DNA from: Octopus sinensis
Taxonomy: Eukaryota
Direction: 5' to 3'
Assembly (NCBI RefSeq): GCF_006345805.1
Contig: NW_021835494.1
Location: 1-40,616 of the forward strand
DNA: 40,616 nucleotides
Shown here: piece after piece, positions 25,900 through 37,398 of the stretch
How the letters are laid out: each line of letters starts with the position of its first letter
Position numbering within the stretch: the first letter of the stretch is position 1
Translations under genes and position numbers: made by a program
The notes under the pieces: generated by a model
Seen by the model: only the letters and a program-made list of their open reading frames with translations
Told to the model about the DNA's origin: nothing
The model's database searches: none

Positions 25900-25966
<67 letters not shown>

Positions 25967-26001
25967 CACGTTCTTGTTTCTTTATATATAATTTTTATAC
26001 C

Positions 26002-26042
<41 letters not shown>

Positions 26043-26360
26043 TATATATATTCCCTTCCTCGGAGCTCTCCAGGAAATCCTATCTCCCCTCCACCCCTCA
26101 GAACTTACCAGGAAAGGACGGCTGAAAAGTGCGTTGTTAATTGCACCGAAGTCAACAAAGACTTTACAGTATTCCGCCAAAAGTCACCTTTAAAGGCATA
26201 AATTCAGCTAATTCTCAAGGACTAATTGTTTAATAATGTACACACCTGTATTCGGTGGAATTTCAAACACACTCACACACACACAAAATATTTTCAGGTG
26301 TTTATGAAAACCAAGGTTGCATTGTGTGATAATATTTGCATAAATATCGGTGCAGTTATT

Positions 26361-26512
26361 GGTCGTGTGGATAACAAGTTCAGTTTAAAGTCCTGTGGTT
26401 TCGGGTTCAAGTCCCATTGTACACACTGTAAACACGTGTTTTCTACTATATTCCCGGAACAATCAATGCTTTCTGAGTGTATTTGGCAAACAGAAACTCT
26501 GTGGAAACCCGT
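26361..26512 (+). mobile_element. SINE family A, 5' half, degenerate, followed by (ATCT)n at about 26515-26596
   Basis: gtggtttcgggttcaagtccc...ttttctactata...gtatttggcaaacagaaact. Confidence 0.6.
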
Positions 26513-26514
26513 AG

Positions 26515-26596
<82 letters not shown>

Positions 26597-27016
26597 CACA
26601 CACAAAGCAAGTGAGCATCTTTCGCAAAAGAAATCCTCATTCCAATAAGCGTAGAAACGAGATCACAATATGACTTTTTTTCTGTTTACGTTGCATAAAT
26701 CTTTAAAACTCTCTCGACATTTTTTCTATAACTGCTTCACCGTCTCGTTTTTATAAATATCCTAATTATACATACCCACGCATCATTGAAAGCTTCTCTT
26801 CATAACATTGCGTACTTGAAAGAATTGCATATAATTACTCTCAGTTTCTAACTAAATAAATAGTCTTGTTCCATTCAGATCCAGATACTGCCGAGGTCTT
26901 ATTTTCCTTGCACTCATCGATAAAACAACGTACGTGTCACTTCCTGGAGTTGAGGCAATCGTATAACACTCCTTTCTCAAAATTCCTGGCTTTATACCAA
27001 ATTCACAACCATTCTC

Positions 27017-27775
27017 GGAGAAACTCTGGACGTCGATGAAGATCAACTAACCGGCCTATTTCGGAGAACTTTCGGGCCTGAGGCTATGGCTAACTTCCTG
27101 AAATCCCTTGCCTGGCAGTTCTACCGAGAGGCCCTACCTGGGCCTGCCCAAGGTGCGCCCAGAGAGATGAAACCGTTCTGCACGCCCTAGTCCTGTGAGT
27201 TTATGTTGAATACCTTCTGTCGCGTGTGGGACGGATCCGGCTGTCAGCTGAATCCATTGTGAAATTGCCCCGCCACACTCTTTTGGCCGGGAGGGGCAGG
27301 CAATATTTATTTGGCTAGTGGCTGTAGCGAAAGAGGTAGTATGGTGAACCCGTTTGAAAGGGTTAAAGACAGACACTCTCCTCTTTGGCCAGGCCCTCAT
27401 CAACTTTTTCAAGTTTCACTTGAAAAGGAAGCTGAGGGTAGAGAGGGAAGTGTTGCCTTGTAGCAAATGTGTTACAAGTTGGGTGAATGTTAGAAGAATG
27501 GCCAGTGTGAAAGCACCAATTCTGAGCGTGTACCTGTAAACAGAAGAAGGGTTCTTGCACTGTTGTTCAGGTACCCGGGGTTTTTGTGGATTTCCCCACG
27601 AGGTCCTTAAAGCGCCTCCCGTATTGGTAGTTTTGAATTGTTTAATTTGTAATTGTTATTTATATTGTTTACATGTTATAAAACCCATTGTATCGTCCTG
27701 TTTTAGTCTTTTATGTTATAGCATGTCTTTTAACGTATTTTTTTGTGAGCCCTTGTGGCCAATAAAATAATGAAT
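27017..27775 (+). mobile_element. L1/Tx1-like LINE 3' fragment (CCHC knuckle, C-terminus, 3' UTR)
   Basis: FLKSLAWQFYREALP, then CPRCAQRDETVLHALV (27145-27192, frameshift before the final C), then GQALINFFKFHLKRKLRVERE to a stop at 27539, and a U-rich UTR with aataaa. Confidence 0.75.
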
Positions 27776-27789
27776 CATTATTACTATTA

Positions 27790-28348
27790 TTCTCATTTCA
27801 CTTCTCATAGCTTTTAATTTCACTTCTTCCGGCTAGATTTGTAAGAGCAGACAGCAACTTGTTGATAGAGGTTTCACAGTGTCTTTTTCCACGATACATA
27901 ACACCCAATTACCAATCTCAAAATCCTTGCTGTCCCCAATAAAGCAGTTTTTCGGGCATGTTCCATCCTCATGTCAATTCCATTTTCTTTAACAAATTTC
28001 TCAAACCTGGTTATTAATGCTCCCAGTACCGCTGAAACTGCTGGGATGACAGTTATTTCGTTTATTGCCCGTATTCATGCAATCTCATCTTGTAGGTTGT
28101 ACCTCTCAATATTTTCAAGTTCTTCATTCCCTGTCGTGGCAATATAAATGATCCCGTTTCTTTCATCATTTATCAACGAGAACAATGTCTGGTCTCTGAG
28201 CCTCAATGACTGAATCAGAATAGATTGTAAAATCCCACAAGATCTCATATTCATTATTCTCGGTGACGCCTTCTTGTTTATGATCCTATCATTTCAATTC
28301 CCTTTCAAGACCATACTTCTCATATAATCTTCAATAATGATACTTAGC
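27790..28348 (-). mobile_element. R4/Dong-like non-LTR retrotransposon 3' fragment (restriction-like endonuclease domain)
   Basis: Minus-strand translation gives EKYGLE..DHKQEGVTENNEYEILWDFTIYSDSVIEAQRPDIVLVDK (ILWDF 28229-28243, RPD 28187-28195) and ALLGTARILRLVIG (from 27945), with stops and frameshifts. Confidence 0.85.
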
Positions 28349-28400
28349 TTCATTATTACGCCTCCTTTTCAGCCAGTTTTCTACACTCACTCACAATATG

Positions 28401-28595
28401 CGAGCTGGCAGAATCGTTAGCGTCTGGCAAAATGACGAGCCTTATTTATTCTGATTTATTATGGTCAGAGTTCAAATTCTAGTGAGGACAAATTTGTCTT
28501 CCATCATTTTGATGTCGATGAAACGGTTAAGTAATGGGGTCGTTGTAATCGACTTGTCCCCTCTCGAAATTGCAAGACTTGTGCTAATAAAATAA
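28401..28595 (+). mobile_element. SINE family C, degenerate
   Basis: gcgagctggcagaatcgttagc...gagttcaaattct...ggggtcgttgtaatcgact. Confidence 0.75.
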
Positions 28596-28605
28596 TTACT
28601 TATAT

Positions 28606-28797
28606 TGATTTCAAATTTTGGCACAAGGCCAGTAATTCTGGGGAAGGCGCTGAATCGATAACATCAAACCTAGTGATCAACTGGTATTTACATTATCAAT
28701 CTCGAAAGTTAGAATTTGAACTCGGAAACTACAGACGAACGAAATGCAGCGAAACATTTTACCCGGCGCGCTACCAGTTCTGCCAGCTCACCGCCTA
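28606..28797 (-). mobile_element. SINE family C, internally deleted
   Basis: gatttcaaattttggcacaaggccag...gaatttgaactc...ttctgccagctcaccgcct. Confidence 0.75.
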
Positions 28798-28802
28798 ACG
28801 AA

Positions 28803-28857
<55 letters not shown>

Positions 28858-28862
28858 TACCA

Positions 28863-28916
<54 letters not shown>

Positions 28917-28931
28917 TTATTATTATTATTA

Positions 28932-29274
28932 AGATGACGATCTGACAGAATCGTTAGCACGCCGGGTGAAATGCTCAGCGCTATGTTCTGAGTTCAAATT
29001 ACGCCGGAGTCGACTTTGTCTTTCATCCTTTCGGGGTCGATTAAATAAATACCAGTTATGCACTGGTGTCGATATTATCGACTTAATCTGTTTGTCTGTC
29101 CTTGTTTGTCCCCTCTGTGTAGCCCCTTGTGGGCGGTAAATAAATAGGTATTTCGTATGCCGTTACGTTCTGAGTTCAAATTCCACCGAAGTCGCATTTG
29201 TCTTTCATCTTTCCGGGGTCGATTAATTAAGTACCAGTTACGCACTGGGGTCGATGTAATCAACTTAATCCCTT
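28932..29274 (+). mobile_element. SINE family C with two internal units
   Basis: Head gacagaatcgttagcacgccggg; gttctgagttcaaatt occurs twice; the second unit starts after taaataaata-ggtatttcg. Confidence 0.85.
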
Positions 29275-29635
29275 CCGCCTTTTAGTCGAGCAAATCGACC
29301 CCGGGACTTATTCTTTGTAAGCCCAGTACTTATTCTATCGGTCTGTTTTGCGGAACCGCTAAGTGACGGGGACGTAAACACACCAGCATCGGTTGTCAAG
29401 CAATGCTAGGGGGACAAACACAGACACACAAACATATACACACACACACTTATAAATATATATACATATATACGACAGGCTTCTTTCAGTTTCCGTCTAC
29501 CAAATCCACTCACAAGGCATTGGTCGGCCCGGGGCTATAGTAGAAGACACTTGCCCAAGATGCCACGCAGTGAGACTGAACCCGGAACCATGTGTTTGGG
29601 TAGCAAGCTACTTACCACACAGCCACTCCTGCGCC
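29275..29635 (-). mobile_element. SINE family A, missing the extreme 3' tail
   Basis: cgccttttagtcgagcaaatcgac...ccactcacaaggc...cttaccacacagccactcctgcgcc. Confidence 0.9.
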
Positions 29636-29682
<47 letters not shown>

Positions 29683-29685
<3 letters not shown>

Positions 29686-29862
29686 GGTCCCGGGTTGAGT
29701 CGGGGTTAACCTCAGTAAATAAGGTACTCAATACATAGCAGAGTAAATTAATTTATTTTATAGAAGGAGCTTCTACAGGACTAGAACTGTTTCATTCAAA
29801 TGAAATCTTCAGGAAGCTCATTTCATTTGAATGAAACAGTTCTAGTCCTGTAGAAGCTCCTT

Positions 29863-29868
<6 letters not shown>
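29683..29868 (-). mobile_element. Solo Penelope-like terminal repeat with an inverted partial copy, flanked by (TA)n
   Basis: Carries a hammerhead, a downstream aataaa on the minus strand, and a perfect 49-bp inverted repeat (29758-29806 / 29820-29868). The PLE assignment is inference from that architecture. Confidence 0.65.
29767..29819 (-). ncRNA. Complete type I hammerhead ribozyme motif
   Basis: Minus strand GAGCUUC-CUGAAGA-UUUCAUUUGAAU-GAAA-CAG-UUCUAGUC-CUG-UA-GAAGCUC: canonical core, 7-bp helix I, ACAG/CUGU helix III, GUA triplet. Confidence 0.85.
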
Positions 29869-29944
<76 letters not shown>

Positions 29945-29956
29945 CATGTATACGTA

Positions 29957-30035
29957 GCTGTGCACTCCACAGACACGCTTATTTCACGAGCAGCCTGTTC
30001 CGTTGTTCGTTGTAATCGACGGAGCACCAGTTAAG
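29957..30035 (+). mobile_element. Family B long-tail fragment with an inverted 5' piece
   Basis: 29957-29977 is the reverse complement of 1967-1987 (20/21); it is followed by a forward match to about 2002-2070 with an internal deletion. Confidence 0.7.
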
Positions 30036-30485
30036 TATTAACGGAGCGCTTCAAGAGAAGACGTGCAGCAGCAGTAGATCAGGCAAGAATGAGCGCCGCA
30101 GTAGAAGCAGCAACAGGAACGACAGCCTCGGCAGCCGCTGCAGCGGTAGACAAGCAACAGTTGTGTTACAACTGCAGCAGATTATACAGCGGCTACGACG
30201 ACGACGGCGACAATCACTACAACAACAACAACAACGACAAGAATTTTGAAGCATTGCTGTAGACTAACTACGCTTTGTCGTCATTATTGATTTCGATTTT
30301 GCCATACTGAGCATCAGATCGATATATCGATATTACGATCATCAAGACTTGCTTTCTGTTTTTCTTTTTTTTTTCTTTTCGTCTTTTCCCCACCCCAAAT
30401 AACGCTGTAACAACTGTCATAAACACATGTTGTCCTAAACTCAGAAAACTTTCGGCCGTTGTCTCGACATAGGTTGCTGCTGCTG

Positions 30486-30565
<80 letters not shown>

Positions 30566-30659
30566 TTACTACTACTACTACTACTGATATGGATGTAATT
30601 TACTGTGTTTATTTCCCCTGAGCTTGTGTGTTTGTGTGTGTGGGTCTGTATATATATAA

Positions 30660-30759
30660 TAAAGCTAAAACACATAAAATATATATACATATACACATAC
30701 ACGAATATACATAGTTTTATATATATGTATATGTATGTATGTATGTATGTATATATTTA

Positions 30760-30790
<31 letters not shown>

Positions 30791-31329
30791 ATATTTGTGT
30801 GTGTGTAAATGTATATGCATATGTATGCACACATGCATTTAAACACATTTACATATATTCATGTGTGTGTGTGTGTATATATATATAGACACATATATAC
30901 ATACATGATATACACGTGGACATATATATATATATGTGTGTGTGTATACGTATAAGTATATTTACATGTATATATACGTATATGTGTATATATGTATATG
31001 TGTGTGTGTGTGTGAGTGAGTGTGTATGTATGTATATTATGTACACCTATAAAATGTATTTATGCACATACGTATGTGTATATATATATATATATATGTC
31101 TGTGTGTGCGTGTATATATACATATATATGTATATGCACATATATATACACATACATATATATATATACATATATACACTTATATGTGTATAGATACATA
31201 TATATATATATACATATATATGTATATCCATACATATATACATATACATATATATGTATATATATAAACTTCTATATACATACATATATATATGTATGTA
31301 TAGATAGATATATATTCATATATATATAC

Positions 31330-31378
<49 letters not shown>

Positions 31379-31999
31379 TATATATATATACATATATACA
31401 TATGTAAGTATGTATGCATGCATGTATGTATGTATGTATGTATGTATGTATATACATATTTTGATTCGATTCTTTTCTTTATCTTTCATTTCAAGTTGTT
31501 TCCGAAACTGGTCTAGACGGTTATATCTGCAGCTTGAAGCAAAAGTACAGAGGCTGCGAGCATCGTTTCTGTTCTGTTCTTTTTTAAGTAGATATCGGTG
31601 TATTTAAATATACGTGCGTATGTGTAAGTGTATGCTAATCCTTATATATATGTGCAGGACTAATATTCACACACAGACACACACACACGCGCACGCACAT
31701 GCAAACAACATATAAGTGTGTATGCATATGTTTCTCTGTGTGTGTGTGTATATGGGTGTGTATGTGCTTGCTAACATGGATGTGTGAATGTATATTTCTG
31801 AGTGTGTGTGTGAGCATATATCCATATATATATATATACACATATCTAGATATGCATTTATGCTGCATTTGTCTGGCATGACCATACATGCTTACATATA
31901 TATACATATACATATGTATATGTGTGCATGTATGTATTTATATATACATACATAAGATATATATGCATATATATAAACACATATACATATATATATATG

Positions 32000-32036
<37 letters not shown>

Positions 32037-33232
32037 AAATACACACACACATATATGTGCATATGTCTGTGTGTATGTATATATGTATGTATTTACGAAT
32101 GTATATTTATATGGCTGTGTTCATATGTTCATATATATATGTCTATGCATCTACATATATATGCACGTACGTATATATGTGTGCATGGTTCTATGCAAGT
32201 GTGTAAGTATGTATGTATGTATGTATATATGTATGTATGTATATATGTAAGCATTGCCTGTATGTATGTAAGTATGTATGTATGCATGTATGTGTGTACG
32301 CAAGTATGTATGTATGCATGTATATATGTACATGTGTACGCATGTATGTACGTACGTATGTATGTTTATGTACGTATGCATGTAAGCATTACATGTATGT
32401 ATTTATGTACGCATATATGTATGTGGGTACGCATATATGTATGTATGTGTGTACATATGTGTGTACGTACGCATGTATGTCTGTAAGTATGTATGTGTGT
32501 ATGCATGTATGTTTGTGTGTACGCATATATATGTGTGTACGCATGTATGTATGTGTGTACATATGTATGTGTGTAGGCATGTATGTATGTATGTATGTAT
32601 GTGTGTACATATGTATGTCTGTAAGTATATGTGTGAGTATGCATGTATGTATGTGTGTACATATGTGTGTATGTACGCATGTATGACTGTAAGTATGTAT
32701 GTATGTATGCATGTATGTATGTATGTGTGTACGCATAGATATGTGTGTACGCATAGATATGTGTGTACGCATTATGTATGTGTGTACATATGTATGTGTG
32801 TACGCATGTATGTATGTGTGTACATATGTATGTCTGTAAGTATATGTGTGTGTATGCATGTATGTATGTGTGTACATATGTGTGTATGTACTCATGTATG
32901 TCTGTAAGTATGTATGTGTGTATGCAGGTATGTATGTGTCTACGCATATATATGTGTGTACGCATATATATGTGTGTACGCATGTATGTATGTATGTATG
33001 TATGTGTGTACATATGTATGTCTGTAAGTATGTATGTGTGTATGCATGTATGTATGTGTGTACGCATATATATATGCGTACGCATGTACGTATGTGTGTA
33101 CATATGTATGTGTGTACGCATGTATGTATGTATGTATGTATGTATGTACATATGTATGTCTGTAAGTATATGTGTGTGTATGCATGTATGTATGTGTGTA
33201 CGCATACATGTATGTATGTGTGTACGTATGTC

Positions 33233-33264
<32 letters not shown>

Positions 33265-33265
33265 A
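30660..33265. repeat. Degenerate (TA)/(TG)/(TATG) satellite field with higher-order units at about 32200-33230
   Basis: Recurring gtacatatgtatgtctgtaagtatgtatgtgtgtatgcatg blocks. Confidence 0.9.
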
Positions 33266-33429
33266 AATTTAGTGATACGCTATCGATTCGCTTGCTCTGT
33301 TTAATCTGGTGATGAAAATAATGTGGATGACATCGAGTCGAAGCAGACTGGGTCTTTCGGTTTGTGCTCCTTGTTGTTGTTCCCGCTTCGCTTAAGATCC
33401 TTTCGTTGTTGTTGTTGCTTTTGTTGATG

Positions 33430-34366
33430 TTGTTTTTCGCTGGTCGTCACCGTCGTCTTGGCCTCCGACTGCTGCTGCTGCTGTTGCATCCGCTACGCCT
33501 GTTGCTGTTGTTGGTGCTGTTGTCATCGTTGCTGCTGCTGCTGCTGCTTCTAGTACCACTCATACTACTGTTACTGATATCAGGATGGATGCTGACGGTT
33601 GCAGTGGACGATGGCGATGGTGATGACGGTGCTTGCCTTAGCCATGGCGGTGATGGTGGTGGTATTGTTGGTGGTATGGGTGGTGGTGGTGGCGGTGGTG
33701 GCGATGATGATGTTAGTGGTAGTGGTCCTGCTGATGGTGGTGGAGGTGGTGGTAGTCGTTGTAGTCGTGGTGTTGGTAGTAATGGTTGTGGTGTTACCAA
33801 GGTGGTGATGGTGATGGTATTGTTGGTGGTATGGGTGGTGGTGGTGGTATTGATTGTGGTGGTGGTGGTGGTGATGATGATGTTAGTGGTGGTGGTCCAG
33901 CTGATGGTGGTGGTGGTGGTGATGATTATTGTAGTGGTGGTGGTGGTGGTGGTGGTAGTCGTTGTAGTCGTGGTGTTGGTAGTAGTGGTTGTGGTGTTAG
34001 CAAAGGTGGCGGTGGTAGTGGTGGTTGTGATGGTGGTAGTGATGGTAGTAGTGGTGGTGGTGGTAATTGTCGTGGTATTGGTGGTAGTGGTGGTGGTGGT
34101 GATCGCGGTGGTGGTGGTGATGATTATTGTAGTGGTGGTGGTGGTGTTGGTGGTGCTGATGTTGGTGATTGTAATGGTGGTGGTCGTCGTCGTGTTCGTC
34201 ATCGTGTTGGTGGTAGTGGTTGTGGTGTTAGTAATGGTAGTGGTGGTAGCGGTGGTTGGTGGTGGTGGTGGTGGTAGTGTTGTTTGCATGTTGTTGATGG
34301 TGATGGTTGTGGCGATGCAGGTCGTAGTAGCTAGTTGGGGTGGGGATACTGATGGCGCTGGTTTTG

Positions 34367-34413
<47 letters not shown>

Positions 34414-35400
34414 TGAAAAAGAAGTATCTGTTGTAGTTATCGTGGTGGTCGCTGGAGGCAGGTAGGCTGTTGAGGTTGTAATAGTGGAACTAGATTTGGT
34501 GTTGGGATAACCGATGGTGGTGGGTATTGGCGATGGAGGTGTGATGTGTTTGGGATGGTAGTGGTGGTGGTGGTGGTGGTGGTGGTGTGATAGTGGTTGA
34601 GGTGTCGGTGACGGTGATGCTAACCATGTAACTCATGGCGGTGGTGGCGGTGGTGGTAGTGGTGGTGGTGTGGTGGGTTTAGGGTGGTAGTGATGGTGGT
34701 GGTAGTGATGGTTGGCATATTTAGATGCTCGTGATGGTGGTGAGTGGTGGTGGCAATGATGTAACTCGTGGTGGTAGTGGCGGTGTTGGTGGTGGTGTTG
34801 GTGGTGGTTTTGGTGGTGGTGGTGGTGGTGGATGAGGTGTTGGTGGCGATGATGATAACCATGTAACTAGTGGCGAAGCGGTGTTGGCGGTGGCGGGGAT
34901 GGTAGTGGTGGTGGTGGTGGTGGTGGTGGTGGTGATAGTGGTTGAGGTGTCGGTGACGGTGATGCTAACCATGTAACTCGTGGCGGTGGTGGTGGTGGTG
35001 GTGGTGTGTGGTGGATTTAGGGTGGTAGTGATGGTGGTGGTAGTGATGGTTGGGTGGTGGTAGTGATGATGGTATGGTGGTAGTGATTGTAGGGTGGTGG
35101 TAGTGATGGTGGGGTGGGAGTAGTGATGGTAGAGTGGTGGTGGAGGTAATTGTAGTGGTGGTGGTGGTGGTTATAATAATGGCGGTGGTATTGCTGCTGC
35201 TGCTGTTGGTACGGTTGGCGGTGCTGACGGTGGGGCGACGAACGGCAATGGTGACGCTTTTAATATTTGATATCAGCGATCGACAGAGTTTGCGGTGATG
35301 GTACTTGTGCTGCGGCTGCTAGTGTTCTGCTGCTGCTGCTGCTGCTATTGATGCTGATGGTAGCGGTGGTGGTGGTGGTTGTGGCGGTGGTAGCGATGGT
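33430..35400. repeat. Degenerate (GGT/GAT/GTA)n field with duplicated blocks
   Basis: Visible; gatgatgatgttagtggt...gtagtcgttgtagtcgtggtgttggtag occurs twice and ggttgaggtgtcggtgacggtgatgctaaccatgtaactc occurs twice. Confidence 0.9.
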
Positions 35401-35704
35401 GATGCTGGATTGCGTGGTCGGACAGCAAGTTTTGTTGTAGATGAATGGGATAAACGAAGTAAGAGATGACTAATAGATGTCGGCACAAAAACTTTCTGCG
35501 TTGGACATCGGAATATTTCTATTAACAATTGCAAAACAGCCACTCAACGTAAAAACGCAATGTTTTCAGCCGGTTTCTATCGATGTATGCTTTTTCCAGC
35601 TAAATGTGCAATCTATTTGCATGGTGCATTATACATCAACTTCCTCCTCGCATGCAGTTGAGGAAATTAAAGTTAACAATACTACTAAACATAGGTCTAC
35701 AAGC

Positions 35705-36315
35705 AAAGCCGCCTGTATAATTACGAATTGCTTCATTCGTTTGTCAGGATTTAGCATCTGGGAACGATTCTTTAATTTGTTTTAGTGATTCCACTGCGGC
35801 CACGCTGGATCACCGCCTTTAGTCGAACAAATCGACCCCAGGACTTATTCTCAAAGCCGCCTGTATTATTACGTGTTGGCAAATTGCTTCATTCGTCTGT
35901 CAGGATTTAGCATCTGGGAACGATTCTTTAATTTGTTTTAGTGATTCCACTGCGGCCATGCTGGAGCACTGCCTTTAGTCGAACAAATCGACCCCAGGAC
36001 TTATTCTTAAAGCCGCCTGTATAATTAGGTTTGGGCAAATTGCTTCATTCGTGGACGGCCTAAGTTGGTCAGGATTTAGCATCTGGGAACGATTCCTTAA
36101 TTTGTTTTAGCGATTCCACTGCGGCCATGCTGGAACACTGCCTTTAGTCGAACAAATCGACCCCGGGACTTATTCTCAAAGCCGCATGTATAATTTACGT
36201 GTTGGCAAATTGCTTCATTCGTGGAGGGCATAAGTTGGCCAGGATTTAGCATCTGGGAACAATTCTTTAATTTGTTTTAGTGATTGCACTACGATCATGC
36301 AGGAGCACCGCCTTG
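35705..36315. repeat. Chimeric minisatellite, 4 units of about 140-170 bp, containing an antisense SINE A tail segment
   Basis: Units begin aaagccgc at 35705, 35853, 36009 and 36178. Confidence 0.9.
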
Positions 36316-36487
36316 AAGAATTTTTTGTTTGTGGGCCTTTTATTAGTCGAATGAATCGACCTCAGACGTGGGCTTCTTTCAGTTACCGGCCACTGAACCA
36401 ATTCTCCTCTTACCGCTCGGTCGCGACTGCGCCTGTTGAGGTTATATGTGGAACATTTTTTCTTTCACTCTTTTACTCTTTTTTTTG

Positions 36488-36666
36488 TTTCAGACATGTA
36501 ACTGCCGCCATGCTAAAACATCGCCTTTAGTCGAACAAATCGACCCCAGGACCTATTCTTTGTCAGCCTTGTAATTATTCTATCGGGCACTTCTGCGGAA
36601 CCGCTAAGTTATGGAATCGTAAACAAATCAGTATCTGTTGTCAAGCGATGGTGGAGGGACAAACAT
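36488..36666 (-). mobile_element. SINE family A, 3' half
   Basis: cgcctttagtcgaacaaatcgaccccagg...ggaaccgctaagtt...gttgtcaagcgatgg...ggacaaaca. Confidence 0.8.
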
Positions 36667-36912
36667 ATATATAGATTCAGATGAATATGGTATTTATGCA
36701 GCTGAGGATTGCTCTGCATTTAAATTGATGTCATGATTGCTTTGCTCAATTAAATTGAGTTGCTTGAAACGATCTACTGCATTACCTCTATATATCCTTG
36801 TTGCTTATTTTGATTTTTTTATATATATGTATATATACATATATATATCACACACAACATGGACAAAATTTTCTTCTTAAGAAAAAATATATATTCAAAT
36901 AAGTAAAACATA

Positions 36913-36947
36913 ATATCATGAATAGCGATAGCGAAACCGGTCGATAT
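36913..36947 (+). ncRNA. Degenerate hammerhead-like motif (core lacking CUG)
   Basis: AUAUC-AUGA-AUAGCGAUAGC-GAAAC-CG-GUC-GAUAU; helix I AUAUC/GAUAU, palindromic ACCGGU, GUC triplet. Confidence 0.4.
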
Positions 36948-37020
36948 ATTAAAAATTATATTAAAACTATGTAAGTGAGCGCATTTTCCTTAGAAGACGG
37001 TGAGGATGGGAAAGAAACAT

Positions 37021-37055
37021 TGCTTAACGTTTCGAGCAGACGCTCTTCGGAAACA
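37021..37055 (-). ncRNA. Degenerate hammerhead-like motif related to the one at 25766
   Basis: Minus strand UGUUU-CCGAAGAGCGUCUGCUC-GAAAC-GUU-AAGCA; shares GAAGAGCGU..GCUCGAAACGUUAA with 25766. Confidence 0.5.
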
Positions 37056-37118
37056 GAGGAAAGTCCAAAAGAAAGTTTGACGGCGGGAGAAAATCGCTAA
37101 CGGCTTACATGTGGTATT

Positions 37119-37144
37119 CATACATACATACATACATGCATGCA

Positions 37145-37175
<31 letters not shown>

Positions 37176-37367
37176 TTCATACATACATACATACATACAT
37201 ACATACATACATACATACACACATACATACACACATACACACATACATACATACATACATACATGCACACATACATACATACATACATACATACACACAT
37301 ACATACATACATACATACACACATACATACATACATACATACATACATACATACATGCATGCATGCA

Positions 37368-37398
<31 letters not shown>

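Larger units (their letters stand above)
23915..25900 (+). mobile_element. Penelope-like retroelement (Neptune-like), 5'-truncated
   Basis: RT C-terminal/thumb motifs (FLDI, YKHTDSHSYL, IPYSQFLRLRRLCS), a Cys-rich linker, GIY-YIG, a pyrimidine tract, subrepeats and a hammerhead-like motif near the 3' end, which abuts (TA)n. Confidence 0.9.

Noticed and set aside
30052-30261. Open frame KRRRAAAVDQARMSAAVEAA...CYNCSRLY...FEALL
   Set aside because: It is built from degenerate GCA/GAC/AAC triplets, is short, and has no splice or homology support.
35705-36315. CRISPR-like array
   Set aside because: The units are 140-170 bp and similar along their whole length with no unique spacers; they contain SINE sequence, the context is eukaryotic and no cas genes are present.
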